Part shown: positions 50,989-64,000 of the stretch, in pieces
How positions within the stretch are numbered: the first letter of the stretch is position 1
Layout of the letters: every line of letters begins with the position of its first letter
Assembly: GCA_051294905.1 (NCBI GenBank)
Contig: CM119372.1
Span: 13,456,001-13,520,000 of the forward strand
Reading direction: 5' to 3'
DNA from: Botryllus schlosseri
Taxonomy: Eukaryota
DNA: 64,000 bases
Position numbers and translations under genes: made by a program
The notes under the pieces: generated by a model
Told to the model about the DNA's origin: nothing
Databases searched by the model: none
What the model saw: the letters and a program-made list of their open reading frames with translations, nothing else

Positions 50989-53393
50989 CAGACATGGGGT
51001 AATCGCGATTAGTAATCGTAATCGATTACGACGATTACAGCATTTTCAAGTAATCGTAATCGCAATCGATTACATTCGAAAAAAATCCAAAGTAATCGTA
51101 ATCGTAATCGACTACTTCATATATCTAATCGATTTCTTTGTGAGAGATCGATTACTTTTTATTTGTACAATGAATATGACATAACCGAACATTCGTGAAC
51201 AAGGAAGAGATATTATTACAGGTTGTTGATAGCGCAAGTGGCTGATTTACAAACGCCACTGCTCATTATTACGTCAGAAGTAGGCTATTAGCTTTGCTCG
51301 TCCTTGCGTAAGAAGTATCCACACGTAGTAAATATATATTCGATGTACATTGTTTTGTGATTGTTAGAACAGTGTGAGCCATGCCGTATATCAAGTTATC
51401 AATAAACACCAGACGCCACTATACCTCGCCGCAAGATCATAATCGAATCACCACTCTGCCTAGTTTCAAATAGTAACTCATGTATTGCTGTTTGGTTATG
51501 CTTAGTTAAACGCAATTTGACCGTTTCTGCTTGGCGAGCAGTAGGCCTATCTATGTAGTATACGTATGTATTTTGTACGCACACCGGACAAAGATTTGAA
51601 ATTTTATACTCGTCAAATAAAACATTACGATGGTTAAAATCAACAGCTGCTGATATATATCATAACCGAGACGTTCTTTGCCATTTCTCGTAACGGCAGC
51701 TTGCAGTATCTGTATTAAGTGGAAGGTAGAATTTTAAGTTCACTTTATTTTATTCTCATATGACTCTACTTGAAACGGGCGCCAATCGTTATTTCACAAT
51801 TCTTCACTCGACATTTATACCTGTCGCCATGGCCATCCAGTTATACACCATGTTAGCGTGGGTTGTAGGTACAATCAGGACCAAAACAGCAATTCGTCCT
51901 CAACTCCAAACGTTGGTATTGCTAGGGTTGTAACCTAGTCACAATGTCAATCTCACTTTTATAGTTTTGACTCGAGTCAAGTCAAGTCAAGTCATTTTCA
52001 ATTCATCCCCGAGTCAAGTCCGAGTCCAGGTCCGCTAGCATAGGGTTGAGTCCGAGTCATAGTGTTTGACTCGAGTCCGAGTCCAAGTCGTTATGTTCAC
52101 AGATCAGTTTTCAGGTCAATCCGCTTTAACCCCCTTTTTCCAACTCTTCTTGAGTGATATAGAATGACTCGTATTCATAATATAGTAATCTTCATCAGTT
52201 ATCACAGGTTACGGCCCTATTTCCAAGTATCAGAACTGATAGACGAAATACAAATAATGTGGTAACTTTACTATTCTTCGAAGTTACATGGAATGTCTGT
52301 CTTGGCCGTTCTAGTCTCGAGTCATGCAAAATGAATCGAGTACATGTCGAGTCAATACAAAAAATTTACGCATTTAAAAATATGACTTGAGTCAAGTCTA
52401 GTCACCGAAAAATTGCGACTCGAGTCATTACAACCCTGGGTATTGGGGCCTCATAGGGTGTAAGTTTTCAAGTTGATGACTTAATTTCGTCAATGATATT
52501 GGTAATTGCATTATATTGCTATTCATTCAGATTTACCCGTAGAGCTGGGGCACCTAATTCATAACTATAGCATCTGGTATGTTGTTATAATTACTTTATT
52601 GTATGTTGTTAATTCGTGAGCTCCCGTCTTTTATATAATAAAAAGATACTGTAGTCGCCCAAACGTAGCAGATTAAAAAAAAAACTTTCGTGAGACGCAC
52701 ACACAAATTCTTATGTATTCCCTCCTCTGTGGGTGGCATTTGCATTGTTGGGGCTCAGATTTGAAGGACCGGACTATTCGTCACGCCCACAGAACGCGGC
52801 CACTGACACCGAAATGCCTATTCCTATAAATTATGCATGCTTTGATGGGGAGAAGTATGCATTTCAAAATCAAGCTATTTAGAGACATTAAATCACGAAG
52901 CTCGAAGAAAATTTTCAATTTAATAAACTCTCTTGAAAATACTCTATAATAATTTATGTTGATTTACGAAATACTTTTGAGTCCCCTTGGAGCTCGCTTC
53001 CGGTCCTATTGGGGAGTTTGGGGTGTTGCAGTTACGGACCTGGCAAGAATGCAAATCGTTGGGCGCGACGAATAGTCCTGCATCGAGTTGGGCAATGGGT
53101 ACATTATGACAAAACAAGCAAATGACGTATGATATGTAAAGAAAGTTGTTATCTCATTAGACCTTTTCATCGCAAGCCACATATTGTCTTCCAATATGTC
53201 TTCTGAAATTAGTGCTTCAAGAAGGAAAACAAATGTAATCGTGAGTAATCGTGATTACATTTGAAATGTAATCGTAATCGTAATCGACTACTTCCTGATT
53301 TTGCTGTAATCGTAATCGTAATCGTAATCGTGGGATTCACAAGTAATCGTAATCGCAATCGATTACATTCATGAAGTAATCACCCCATGTCTG
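50989..53393 (-). mobile_element. Non-autonomous hAT-type DNA transposon (copy 2), including the nested MITE 51923-52438
   Basis: Reverse complement of 2888-5294 with only a handful of differences; own 8-bp TSD GAGCACTG (50981-50988, 53394-53401). Confidence 0.93.
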
Positions 53394-53657
53394 GAGCACT
53401 GATCAGTGAGCAGGGAAACAAGACTGAACTTGACACTACACTTTACTTTCGTTGGTGGGGTCATGGGAAACGTGGCTTTTCTGCAGCGAGATGTCAGAAT
53501 ACATTACAAATTACTTACCTCACAGCCTTTAATTGTAAATATATACAGTCGGAAATCGTCATAATACTACCTAGCGCCGACTGTGGACTGGATGCAGCGA
53601 GAGCAGTCCGTGTGCACTGTGCAGGTTGAAACAGTGCATGTGCACTGTGGGAGTGAA

Positions 53658-53820
53658 AATCAATCAATCAGATTTATTAATATTTTCATCGTTTCAAAAG
53701 ATTGCGATACAATGAAAAGATAGGAAGGTGTCGAAACAAATTGGAGTAGCCTTTAAGATCAGACACCCACCTTAGCCTAGGCGAAGTAAATATGAGGCAT
53801 GCACACTGAATGAAAAGTAT
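53658..53820 (-). repeat. Retroelement 3'-tail-like repeat ending in (GATT)n; sibling at ~61545-61692
   Basis: Shared GATAGGAA.GTGTCGAAA...TTTAA.ATCAGACACCCACC..TAGGCG...GCACACTGAATGAAAAG; AATCAATCAATC tail. Confidence 0.55.
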
Positions 53821-54244
53821 AATGCAGAGAATATTAGATGCAAGCGACAAAATGACTGTGCAGTGTGCACTTGTGCAGGGTTTGAGTTGGTAAATCTAAA
53901 GAATGTCTTGATTGTCCCGCCTATATCTGAACGTATGGTAAGCCTACATCTGAAGCAGTTAGTCTGTAAGGATTATAATAGCAGTGAGAATTATATGTGA
54001 ACCCTGTCTGTAACGCTGTTATGAAATATGGTAATGACCTACAATCACCATTATTTGGGGATATGTCAGTCAGTCAGTATGCTTTTACTCATCTCGTGTG
54101 AACTCACAACTATACGTCATGTACTTCAGATACAAATAGGCTGTCAGAGCTATCATTACTTCAAACTGTTGTGTCGTATTGAACATCTGAAAAAATATTT
54201 ACCAAATTGTCTGTTGCGATCGACAAACTTGGATTTCAAGAAAT

Positions 54245-57200
54245 ATGATTGGATCCAGTCAAACCTTATTTCGTAAAGTGGTGATGACTGCATGGAAGGA
54301 GCGTTGGAGTGAGCAAAGATGGACTGTTGCAATGAAAAAGCTTATTCAGCCTGGAAATAACTCTGATATGATCCAAATGGCCGACGTTTTATTTATGCAA
54401 GCGTTTGTGGGGAATTCTCCCAATACAGTTCTACTAGGCTATTTCAACTACGGATTGACATCCGGAATACTTTCATACAGTGCCATCTTGAGTGCAATTG
54501 CAAAGCATGAGGACCTTCAAAACATACCTAATATGAAATGCACACTACAATTCTTATTATTCTACATCGAGAGAATGAACACGGGTCAGATTCTTGAAGA
54601 CAGTCTATTGCTTTGTAAGACATTGATGGTCATCTTGAAATGGCTGTTACGCAACATTGAGCAGTACCTTACAGGTGTCAAGGAAGTTTCCAATCCTGAG
54701 ACTATAGACATCATCCAACATAATTGTTCAGTTTTGCTGTCACTGACAACAATGCGCCGAACAGCATCACTGTTAACGGTGGCTCGTTTCGAAGAGAGTA
54801 GTGGATGGAGTCACATTGAAACAGATCTCGCTGTTATCAAAGGTGCTGCACTGAATCATGCTGCACAGAATGAAATTACAACGTCGTGCAATAGTGTTTC
54901 TCAGCTCTCGCGATGCCATGCCAAGACATTGGCAATCTACCCTTCCAAAAATGTATTCGGTAATTGCTCACATCACAGTATGCTCACAAACATGCTGATT
55001 TTGCTAGAAGGGGATTGGAATAAAATGACAGATCCTGATAGCCTGATGCAACAACTTCTTCTCATCTCACAAATCTGTGGTTTGAATTATAAAGATATAT
55101 GTGTCAGCTTGATGAGATCATGCATGCTCGGATTCCTGGGAAATATTGATGGCAGTTCGAAGCATAAATGGTCATCGATACTATTTCTGAAATTACCGAT
55201 GTACTTATGCCGACTCAAATCCTTGTTGTCTTCGAGCTCCGGGTGTGAATTCATGATATCGCAGACCTATGAAAGGTTTGATGATGCCCTCACCGATGCT
55301 TTCACATCGCTCCTTCAATATGATAGCTTGCTTGATATGCTTGACCAAGTCACAGCCAGCAGTGATTGTTTCAGCTGGTTGGTGGAGCGGTGTGTTACGT
55401 TTGATTTAATGAAGGAAGAGACAAGTGAAGAGTTGAAAGTCAAACGAAGCAAAATGGTCAAGGCACCTTCGCAACATCCTGTCCGTGCTGTTGAACCAAG
55501 TAAATTATTGCAATATGAAGTGACAGCGGGTAAGATTCTCTCTATTCTGGACACAAGCGATGTCACAGCTAACCAAGAAAGTCTTGTCGCCACTTGGAGC
55601 CAATTATCTAGTAACTTCAGTTTGATCATCGCTTCTGGTCCGGATTCCCAAAATGTACAAAACTTCGCTCAAAAGCTGATCGCCTTGAACGAAGTTGTTA
55701 AAGTTAACCCAAAGCAGGGAGAGAATGTAAAGAGCGCTCAAATCAGATGTCAACTTTTTGACTTGTCTTTTTTCTTTGTTTGTGAAATAGCTGAACAGTA
55801 TGGCAAAGATGTCATACGGAATCTATATGCAGATCAAGATGCAACTGCTGAGCCGTTTATATACCAATGGCTAATGCAGGAGTGGCCTGAGGATAGAGAA
55901 TCGAGCGTTAAAATGTTGAATTCTAAAAGACTAGAAGTAGACGACAAAAGAGTAAAAATATTTATTGATAGACTCCAGAGTGTGAGAGATCGTACCCAAG
56001 ATCAACCTCCAACTCTTGTAAAATGGTATGATACTTGTATCCATATGACTAGAGCTTTCATCGAAATGATCAAAGCCTGGAATTACAAGTATATAACGAA
56101 AGCGGATGTTCTTGGTGCATGTGACATCATATGTAAAACTTTTTCACTGGCAATCCGTTTGAGCTGTCTTGTTGAAGCCGCTAGGTTTTCTCTCTCTGCT
56201 TCATGTGAATTCAATGCCGATCTGAAAGAGGTGCTGTACAAGTTGTCACGGCCATCTTCAATGGGACAAGATACCCACTCCGGGAAAATATACAAAATGT
56301 TCAAACGCGTCGCGACATTCTTGCTACAAGAGATTACCCCTGATATATTCCATGATACTTCGAAACAGACTGTCGTCAAAGCCACAGTTCACTATCCATT
56401 AGATGTATTCACGGGATATATATCAGAGTGCTGTCAGTCCGAATGGATTGACGGTGCAATGCTGAAAAAGTTGTCAAATGTTCTGGACAGAACAGGTCCG
56501 CAATGGTTTACCCATCAAATTGTCAGGCAGCTCCTTAAACTGACGCGTAAAGATGACGTGGAGCGTACTGCTATGGTAGTGAGCGGCTTGATTCAACTTG
56601 ATCTTGATAGCTGTGTAATTTGCTTGCTTAGACATGAAATACCTCACTATCTTACGGACGGGACACAATACATGCATTTGTCTGCTCCATCTGGGAATTC
56701 ACTCGCCAGACTAGTGGTATCAGGACTAGCGATGGTATTGCATAACATGTCCCTACAACAAAAAGGATGTCTCCCGAGGACAAATCAGACCAAACGGTTG
56801 GAGCAAGAATATCTTGTGTCTGGCATCGAGGCACCAGTCATACATCAAAGGCAAGCTCCTGGCAATGGCGGAGGACCAAACAAACTCCGGCGACTGTTTA
56901 GTGTCACTGCTGAGCATGACTTATCGTCCAGTGCATTTTCATCTATTTTGTCAGATTCCCAGGGAACAAATGCAACACAATCGCGCAGCGCGGGAATAAC
57001 TGACCAACCTGTTCTAAGAGCTTTGAGTTATGTTTTGGAGATTATGCATTTGTCACTGCAAAACCATCAGCCTGGACCACACATTGATTTTATTGTACAG
57101 TTTGTGTATTTGGCCTCGTGTTGTGGTGAACTGGTGTCGCAGGCAGTCCTCCAATTCATGCCATTGAAAATGGCATCTGAGTTGGCGTCTTTGATTACTG

Positions 57201-57337
57201 ATAAAGGACGTTCTTATAAAATCCGTCACATGGGGGAAGAATTCGATGCGCTACATTTCAGCCTTTGCATTTCTGACCTCGGAAATGGAATGAGTCGAAA
57301 AATTATTGCCAGTACTATTAGTCAAATGACTCTGTGA
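54245..57337 (+). CDS. MED24: Mediator of RNA polymerase II transcription subunit 24, intronless CDS, 1030 aa
   Basis: AWKERWSEQRWTVAMKK, QAFVGNSPNTVLLGY, KWSSILFLKLP, QNFAQKLIALNE, GENVKSAQIRCQLFDLSF, GPHIDFIVQF..VLQFMP match recalled MED24 motifs; one uninterrupted ORF. Confidence 0.9.
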   Translation: MIGSSQTLFRKVVMTAWKERWSEQRWTVAMKKLIQPGNNSDMIQMADVLFMQAFVGNSPNTVLLGYFNYGLTSGILSYSAILSAIAKHEDLQNIPNMKCTLQFLLFYIERMNTGQILEDSLLLCKTLMVILKWLLRNIEQYLTGVKEVSNPETIDIIQHNCSVLLSLTTMRRTASLLTVARFEESSGWSHIETDLAVIKGAALNHAAQNEITTSCNSVSQLSRCHAKTLAIYPSKNVFGNCSHHSMLTNMLILLEGDWNKMTDPDSLMQQLLLISQICGLNYKDICVSLMRSCMLGFLGNIDGSSKHKWSSILFLKLPMYLCRLKSLLSSSSGCEFMISQTYERFDDALTDAFTSLLQYDSLLDMLDQVTASSDCFSWLVERCVTFDLMKEETSEELKVKRSKMVKAPSQHPVRAVEPSKLLQYEVTAGKILSILDTSDVTANQESLVATWSQLSSNFSLIIASGPDSQNVQNFAQKLIALNEVVKVNPKQGENVKSAQIRCQLFDLSFFFVCEIAEQYGKDVIRNLYADQDATAEPFIYQWLMQEWPEDRESSVKMLNSKRLEVDDKRVKIFIDRLQSVRDRTQDQPPTLVKWYDTCIHMTRAFIEMIKAWNYKYITKADVLGACDIICKTFSLAIRLSCLVEAARFSLSASCEFNADLKEVLYKLSRPSSMGQDTHSGKIYKMFKRVATFLLQEITPDIFHDTSKQTVVKATVHYPLDVFTGYISECCQSEWIDGAMLKKLSNVLDRTGPQWFTHQIVRQLLKLTRKDDVERTAMVVSGLIQLDLDSCVICLLRHEIPHYLTDGTQYMHLSAPSGNSLARLVVSGLAMVLHNMSLQQKGCLPRTNQTKRLEQEYLVSGIEAPVIHQRQAPGNGGGPNKLRRLFSVTAEHDLSSSAFSSILSDSQGTNATQSRSAGITDQPVLRALSYVLEIMHLSLQNHQPGPHIDFIVQFVYLASCCGELVSQAVLQFMPLKMASELASLITDKGRSYKIRHMGEEFDALHFSLCISDLGNGMSRKIIASTISQMTL

Positions 57338-58384
57338 TATGATTATTGCTTCTGGCAGTAGTGGTGTATACTCGGCCATATTGTTGTTTCAACTGCTAAC
57401 GGCTTCCTCGAATAGTAATATGGAGTGCTGAACTACCAGCACCATTGTTTTCCAAGCCGATGGCAGTTAATTTGTCAATAAATATATTTTCAATGTTACG
57501 CTTGCATTCGCAAAGATTACTTTCGTCGAACTTGACGTGGATATATTCAGCATGAATATTGCAGGGCCTCTATACCGGTTCTAGCCTCCGATCTTCTCCA
57601 GTTAGTGTGACTTCCTCAGTGTAGCCTGCCTCTTATTTACATTCTCTATGCCAAGGTGAGTGTCTGATTATCCAAGTCGTTCCTCCTATCTTTTCATTAT
57701 ATCGCAATCTTGTGGTGTATTGATCATCATCGACCATCCGCAAGAAGGGTCACAACAGAATTCCCTGTTCTGTCAGTCATTCCGTTCGCACCAGCTATAT
57801 TGATTCATGGTTCAATGCAGACATTAATACCATGCTAACGCAAGAGTGGCCAACCTTTTTGGCCAAAGGGCCACATGAGATTTACGAACCACTGCGCGGG
57901 CCACTTGAATGTTGATGACCTTTGATAGTCATCCGATAGTAGCGAACCGGATTAGGTAACTAACGTTGAAAACAAGACTTCAATCACTACACATTAAAAT
58001 TGATGACAATTATCATACAAAAACTACGCGTGCATTCATATCCTGGCCGCGCGAAATGTTTCAAAGGTAATGAGTGAATTTGATCAATAATATAGATACT
58101 TGTATGAAAACATCTGACGATTATTGATTCATGACGTGACAATTTCACTCAACTCTGCTCTACATAAGACACATAAGTTTAACTAAGCCAAAATGTAAAT
58201 GAATTTAAATACAATACCCGCTTATTAACTGTATAACAGCACCAGCTCTATGCCAGACGACAAGATATTACACAAAATTCTCAACAAATGTATTTCAAAT
58301 AGAAACGATACAACGGTATTGAACAACGCAGTTGTTACAATTCCAAAGGGAAATTTTCAATATCTGCTGAAGAGGTTCATGGCT

Positions 58385-60662
<2,278 letters not shown>

Positions 60663-61692
60663 ACTGCATTTGTAGAGAAAAAATGAATCATCAAGGGTAA
60701 AATAGGTGCATCCGAATCTTTTTATTGAGCAAACAACACGGCATGTCTCAAGATGAGATACTGTATCAGAAAATGAAGTCGCATGCTAGAACTGAATGAT
60801 ATATAAAATTGATGGGTTTCAACTTCTATTAGCAGTCAAGTTATTTAAAATCTACTAGTAGAGTTTTTCTAGGGAAGGTACGAAACTACAGGATATTCTA
60901 ATAATATGCCTGTAGGGCTTAGGCATTCAAGTCTTAAGATACCATTCGCAATCAATGCAGGGCAATATGCCACAACTGTATTGAGGTATAATGACACAGC
61001 CCACCGAATAGCATCGAAAGAGCTAATATGATAACTTTCTACTTATACCTGGGCTCCCAGCCTCCACTGGGTCGTTGTTCTTAGTGCCCATACGTCATCT
61101 TTTCAAAGAAAGGCCCAGAGAAAGACCCGTTGTACAAGGAAAGGAAAGAAATGGACGAGAAATGAGTAAAAAATGAGGGATAACAGCCTAACAGGTTGTC
61201 AACCAAAAAATGTGGAAGAGCTATGGATGTACGAGATATGTTCATTACATCGTATTGTGTCTTGTGTATAGCATTATACATTGTGTGTCTTTATCGGATG
61301 AAATTATAATGCTAAAGATTATTACTAAGTTACTCGAGTTTGACATTACCTGGCTGCTGGTTTCGGTTCCGTCTGTCTTCCGTCAATTTTAGCAACATCA
61401 AAACCCAGTGAAATTGTGACGAAATATCCGGGGAACGTGCAGCACTACAGGTAAACATGTGAAACATTAATTTGACCAGAAGCAACATGTTACTGACATC
61501 AGCACCAGTTTTTACCACACTGAGATATATAAACGAATATCGTCATTTCAAAAACGCCACAAGCCTGCGACACAATGAAGATAGGAACGTGTCGAAAAGA
61601 CTTGCAGTAGTCTTTAAAATCAGACACCCACCGGGCATAGGCGTTGTAAAGAGGAGGCATGCACAATTGCACATTGCACACTGAATGAAAAG

Positions 61693-63879
61693 CAGGGCAT
61701 GGTATGATATGGTATGGAAGTATGGTATGGTATGGAATATGGAAGAGTGCAAGTATGGTATGGTATGGAAATTTCCCAAGTATGGTATGGAATGTGTTTT
61801 CCATACTTCCATACTTTGACAGTTTTGCCAGAACCATGACAATAATCCTACTTTCGATTTGTCAAATTGATTGCATACCAAATAAAATCGCTCATTGTCT
61901 ATGTACATATCTCAAATTGTGATTAATGACTCGCCCATCCCGCGGTCGACATCTACGTGAAGACCTCAAAGTGTGGCGCCGCGCATATGAATGGAAATAA
62001 TATTATTGATAAAATTATTCCGATTTAAATATCATAAAAATAAATAATTCTTCGAACCGATAGCAGACGATACAAAAAAAAATATTAGGATCTTGGTTGC
62101 TTTCACACCCTATTTAGCGTCCCCTTGCAACGTATTAATTTTATTTATTACACGAGCTTTCGGAGCTCCGCTCCTTCTTCAGGTGTTAAAGGTGTTAAAA
62201 ATTAATGATATTCGATCGCTGTCGCGTTACAATTGCATTTCGATTATCGTAACTTCCACTAAGTATAACCAATGTAGTTCTAAAATCGTAGACTCTGAGA
62301 ATGTAGAAGTTACATCAATATTTTTATCAATTTGTTAATTTTCTGCGCTTCGGGAGGATGATCGTCACGCAATATCTATTTGACAGAATCATCATTGTAA
62401 TTCAAAAATATGTAGCTTGTCTTGAAGCGACTTTACGATATGTAGGCTACGACACGCATTGTAACTTCAGGAAATCTGGTTATTTCTGATATAATGGACA
62501 GCGGACACCTTGATATTGGCTAATGAAGCTAACGGATGTGACCCACAGATTGGCGGAGAAAATATAGACATTTGATTATCTGTCGCAAACTTATTGTAGT
62601 TATGTAAAATTTATTTAAAGATATATCCCAATGCAGGTGTTTCCAACCGATGGGGATGCGACAGTGTGGGTTATGGTGGCTTATATCTACCATACGCATA
62701 AGTTCGTCAACACCAGGAAGTTTATCTGACTCATGCAGTATATTCGGGGAGAGAGAGAGAGAGTCTTTATTTTCATCCAACCAAAATACATAACACACGG
62801 CAGTGATGGTGGTACGGCATTTACATATGTAAATTGATGCTACCTTGGTACATTTAGAAAAATTACAAACCCTTCCTAGTTTTTGTGGGCTTACCTCACA
62901 TATCCATTTTAAGGAGGCGCAACATTCAGTGTACGCCTGTACGGTTACCAGTTCACTGCGCATTAATTTTATTGCGTGCTGTTCCATTCTGGCGGTCTTA
63001 ACTTTCACCAACAGCAAGTCTTTACAAGAGAAAGACTTATATCAAATTTTATTGAAGGAACAATTTTAAAGTGTATAAAGCATTAGTTCTCAACCTGGGG
63101 GGGCGCCCCCCTCCCCTTGGGGGACGTGAAAGCAACTGAAGGGGGTGCGATGAAGCGGTTAACGGAAAAAAATTTCGCGCTCTGCGTGATTTACCTCCAA
63201 TTCACGCATGTTTCTCTATTATATAGACCGAACATCATATTTTTTAATTCTCTCATCAACAGTCATAACCTTCCATGCCATCAAACAATCTGTTGTGGTT
63301 GCTAGCATCCCGGTTAGATTTTGTGATATGACGATAAGGGGGCGCGAAATTTTTCACTATCAGAAAGGGGGGCGTGTCCAAAAAAGGTTGCGAACCATTG
63401 GTATAAAGGTTGGGAACCTATCTTATAATTTGACAATACCTTTGTTTTATGTAATTCCGTAGATTAGGTTATGCTAGCAGTGCGTTATCACACTAGATTT
63501 ACATGTCGTGAGATTCTGTTGTGATTTCCAAGAAATAATCCCGTGTGTATAGGCCTACGCCCTACATCATACGTTCCTACATCGCTGACGACATATGATA
63601 TAAAGAAACGGGGGATAGCATTGGTGCATCAGGACTGTTTAAATGAATAATTAATCTCATCCAAAATTATTAGAATATATACGCCGGAACATTTTCACAC
63701 ATCAAAAATAGAATATCACTTTAGAGGTTGGTCAAGTTTCGAAAGTATGGAAAAAGTATCAAATATGGTATGGAAGAATGTTGGTATGGTATGGAAAATT
63801 GTCAAGTATGGTATGGAACGATTGGGCAGGTATGGAGTATGGGAGATTCTCATTCCATTCCATACCATGCCATGCCCTG
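61693..63879. mobile_element. hAT-type non-autonomous element with (TATGG)n subterminal repeats
   Basis: TIR CAGGGCATGG / CCATGCCCTG; 8-bp TSD ATGAAAAG. Confidence 0.87.
63081..63400. mobile_element. MITE nested in 61693-63879
   Basis: CATTAGTTCTCAACC / GGTTGCGAACCATTG; 8-bp TSD GTATAAAG. Confidence 0.78.
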
Positions 63880-64000
63880 ATGAAAAGTAAAAAAAAGACA
63901 ATCAAGAGACTTTTTGGGGTACAGAACTTTAATATACATTTTAATAATATATTCATATTACAAATATATTAAAACCCGAAGCTTTTCGTGCCAACACTCT

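Noticed and set aside
62529..63017. 162-aa ORF as a gene
   Set aside because: Lies inside a non-autonomous transposon and spans a LINE (CT)n tail; no recognisable domain.

Overview
Eukaryotic (invertebrate animal, possibly ascidian; taxon not verifiable from sequence alone) genomic DNA. It carries five housekeeping genes: PSMD2/Rpn1 (-), MRPL12 (+), ALDH4A1 (-), an intronless MED24 (+) and RBX1 (-). Between and within them is a dense set of transposons, many with readable target-site duplications (TSDs). The main feature is a 10,951-bp foldback DNA transposon (24996-35946, 8-bp TSD AAGAAATG) inserted in the head-to-head PSMD2/MRPL12 interval. Its ~2.5-2.9-kb inverted arms contain 10-11 copies of a 194-bp repeat. 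It encodes a spliced ~1033-aa protein: TKQ repeats resembling the histone H3 tail, a PHD finger, a Zn finger and a Mutator/NOF-type DDE transposase, followed after a 1-nt frameshift by half of a USP deubiquitinase domain. Also present: an inverted Penelope-like insertion with minimal hammerhead ribozymes, a solo hammerhead copy in sense orientation in a PSMD2 intron, a Mutator-like deletion derivative with a telomere-like TTAGGG array, a Sola2 derivative, two near-identical inverted hAT-type elements 46 kb apart, nested MITEs, and LINE/SINE fragments. All homology calls come from motif recognition by eye, not database searches.
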